Below are positions 61,340 through 64,000 of a stretch of 64,000 bases of DNA, in pieces. The notes below the pieces were generated by a model. The model saw only the letters and a program-made list of their open reading frames with translations. It had not been told where the DNA came from and ran no database searches. Numbering within the stretch: position 1 is the first letter of the stretch; the number at the start of each line of letters is the position of its first letter. The stretch is from positions 112,840,001 to 112,904,000 of the forward strand of contig OZ024741.1 of assembly GCA_964016885.1 (NCBI GenBank), read 5' to 3'. This DNA comes from Eledone cirrhosa. Taxonomy: Eukaryota. The translations under genes and the position numbers were made by a program.

Positions 61340-63162
61340 TCAGTTTCAACTTTTAAGTCACTTTTCCTAGTCCATTCCCAGTTCTTATCTTTCTTAACTG
61401 CATCAAGCATTTCATGCAAGAATTGACCATACATGTTTTCTTCCATCTATTTAAGCTACCAGTCTGTCAATCGTGTTTAAATTTTCCCTTTTCCTTTGCT
61501 TCATCACTGTTTAGGACCTTTATCTTTCTTACTCCTGCCATCAATCTCTCCTTTGAATTGTTTACATACGATGCTAGATTATTTTCCTCTGACTTCACAT
61601 AGATTTCATGGCTAATGAGTCCTCTTCCTCCTCTCTGTCGTGATAGATACAACCTGTCCATGTCACCTTTGGGGTGTAGAATCCTTTGTAATGTCATCAT
61701 TTTCCTGGTATTTCTATCAAGCTCCTTAAGTTTATTACATCACCACTCTATCACAATAGTACTATACCTTAAGTTTATTACATCACCACTCTATCACAAT
61801 AGTACTATACCTTAAGTTTATTACATCACCACTCTATCACAATAGTACTATTCCTTAAGTTTATTACATCACTACTCTATCACAATAGTACTATACCTTA
61901 AGTTTATTACATCACCACCCTATCACAATAGTACTATTCCTTAAGTTTCTTACATCACCACTCTATCACAATAGTACTATACCTTAAGTTTATTACATCA
62001 CCACTATCACAATAGTACTATTCCTTAAGTTTATTACATCACTACTCTATCACAATAGTACTATACCTTAAGTTTATTACATCACCACTCTATCACAATA
62101 GTACTATTCCTTAAGTTTATTACATCACCACTCTATCACAATAGTACTATACCTTAAGTTTATTACATCACCACTCTATCACAATAGTACTATTCCTTAA
62201 GTTTATTACATCACCACTCTATCACAATAGTACTATACCTTAAGTTTATTACATCACCACTCTATCACAATAGTACTATTCCTTAAGTTTATTACATCAC
62301 CACTCTATCACAATAGTACTATACCTTAAGTTTATTACATCACCACTCTATCACAATAGTACTATTCCTTAAGTTTATTACATCACCACTCTACCACAAT
62401 AGTACTATACCTTAAGTTTATTACATCACCACTCTATCACAATAGTACTATACCTTAAGTTTATTACATCACCACTCTATCACAATAGTACTATACCTTA
62501 AGTTTATTACATCACCACTCTATCACAATAGTACTATACCTTAAGTTTATTACATCACCACTCTATCACAATAGTACTATACCTTAAGTTTATTACATCA
62601 CCACTCTATCACAATAGTACTATGCCTTAGCAACAACCTATATCTTATTCCTACCCACTAACTTCATCTCTAACACTAATTCAGTCTCTGTTTATAATCC
62701 TTAGATAAGTTTTTTTTCATTTCCTTCTCTCTCATTTGGTTTGTTTCCAGAATGCCTAAGTACCTATACACATTGTCATCAATTTCCTTCATAACTTGTC
62801 CGTCTGGTAATACAATTCCTTCCATCTTAATACAATTCCTTCCAATTCTGCCATGCTTCAGAAGCAACAACTCACACTTTTTTATGCTAAAATCCATTCC
62901 TATGTCCATACTGAATGTATGAACTGTCTGTACAAGGGAATGAATATGTTCACAGGATTTTCCATCAAGTTTTAGGTCATCCATGATGACCTAAAGCAGG
63001 TGGTTTAACTTAAATTTTTATCCTCCCCACTCATAACCAGCGTTTGACCTTCTTAACACTAATGAACATCAAACCATACACACTACAAACAGCAAAGGTG
63101 AAGAACTGTCTCTCTGAAATATTCCCCTCTTGATTTTCACAACTCCCAATGTCTGTCTACAT
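61340..63162 (-). mobile_element. R4/Dong-clade RT fragment, decayed, interrupted by a minisatellite
   Basis: KIKRGIFQRDSSSPLLF, MDDLKL, YRYLGILE, LDRNTRKMMT, LHPKGDMDRLYLSRQRGGRGLIS, MYGQF, SDLKVETEG. Confidence 0.9.
61725..62625 (+). repeat. Minisatellite, 21 x 43 bp
   Basis: Unit cttaagtttattacatcaccactctatcacaatagtactat(a/t)c. One unit has a 2-bp deletion (21x43-2=901 bp). Confidence 0.97.
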
Positions 63163-64000
63163 CAGGGGTTCACAACCGTTTTTTTCGCTGTGGACCACCA
63201 AAATAAGTAATTTTTTTCCTGTGGACCACCTAAACTTTTAAATCTTTTGTAATAGAACTGCTACTTATAAGCATCAGTAAATGTTTTTTTCAATGAATTA
63301 GAAAATGCTATTATCATGTCGCAGTGCCTAAAAATCTACACAAATAAACAGCTGAAGTCGTACTTATGCGAAGAATAAGAACAGCGCTTTAAGTCAAATG
63401 CATGGATCAAAAAAGAATTTGCTATTGCACAAAGCAACGCATAACTTATTCGTTATTAATTTGAATTTTTTCGATTTCATATCTCAGCAACAAATATGGA
63501 GCATTGATGTTGAGGATAAGTTTCTACTTCTAATTGGTAAGATCGATTTGATTGGTCAATACTATTTTCCCTTTGCAATGAAAGTTCCTTTTTTGTTCAC
63601 TTAAGGGACATGCTTTAAGCACCAAGACGACAGAGAACAAACAAATGAGAACACCAATAAGAAAACCAATTTGAAAATGTCTATTTTTTCAATAAAGCTT
63701 TATTTGATAGAAGCGAGTAGAAAAAGGTTACTGAGTCCTGGAAAATACTCCCTATCATTCAGATGAAATGGAAAGCTGTACAGTTTAAATATGATAATGT
63801 GTAGGGTAAGTTAAAAAAATGTGAAAATTTAAGTTAGGATCAGTACAAAAGATTGTTTAAACGTTTGAGGGAATACAACAAATTGAATTGAATTAAAAAA
63901 GTCAACGACAATACAATTACGCCATGTCATTAGACAACACGTCAAAAAACTGTCAATGAGACCCTTGTGCTTGTTTTTGATCCACAAGTTTAGAAATCCT
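63163..64000. mobile_element. hAT (Charlie/SPIN-like) element left end, runs off window
   Basis: Terminus caggggttcacaac preceded by 8-bp gtctacat (cf. NTCTAGAN target). Subterminal ctgtggaccacc occurs twice. Interrupts the R4 RT exactly here. Confidence 0.7.

Noticed and set aside
61725-62625. CRISPR-like array
   Set aside because: Head-to-tail units with no unique spacers, eukaryotic context, no cas genes.

Overview
AT-rich, microsatellite-dense animal (eukaryotic) genomic DNA. The repeat content resembles cephalopod/octopus genomes (inference from memory, not a search). No host protein-coding gene can be supported, and most ORFs in the track are microsatellite or antisense-TE artefacts. 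Transposable elements present: four young 5'-truncated RTE-clade LINE copies with a PHD-like finger inside the RT, plus older RTE relics; four R4/Dong-type (RLE) fragments; a CR1-like 3' end; one full-length but decayed Ty3/Gypsy element with LTRs, TSD, PBS and PPT; a Penelope-like element (RT + GIY-YIG); a non-autonomous Helitron; Tc1/mariner, hAT and piggyBac-like remnants and MITEs; and many tRNA-derived SINEs. Structure not shown by the ORF track: (1) a dispersed set of divergent minimal type-I hammerhead ribozymes, several in short islands between (TA)n tracts and followed by AATAAA, one directly 3' of the Penelope ORF; (2) recurrent fold-back inverted duplications, several centred on (TA)n, up to 1.8 kb; (3) a SINE-RTE chimera; (4) a 21x43-bp minisatellite with dimeric higher-order structure born inside an R4 RT coding motif. 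All alignments and foldings were done by eye.
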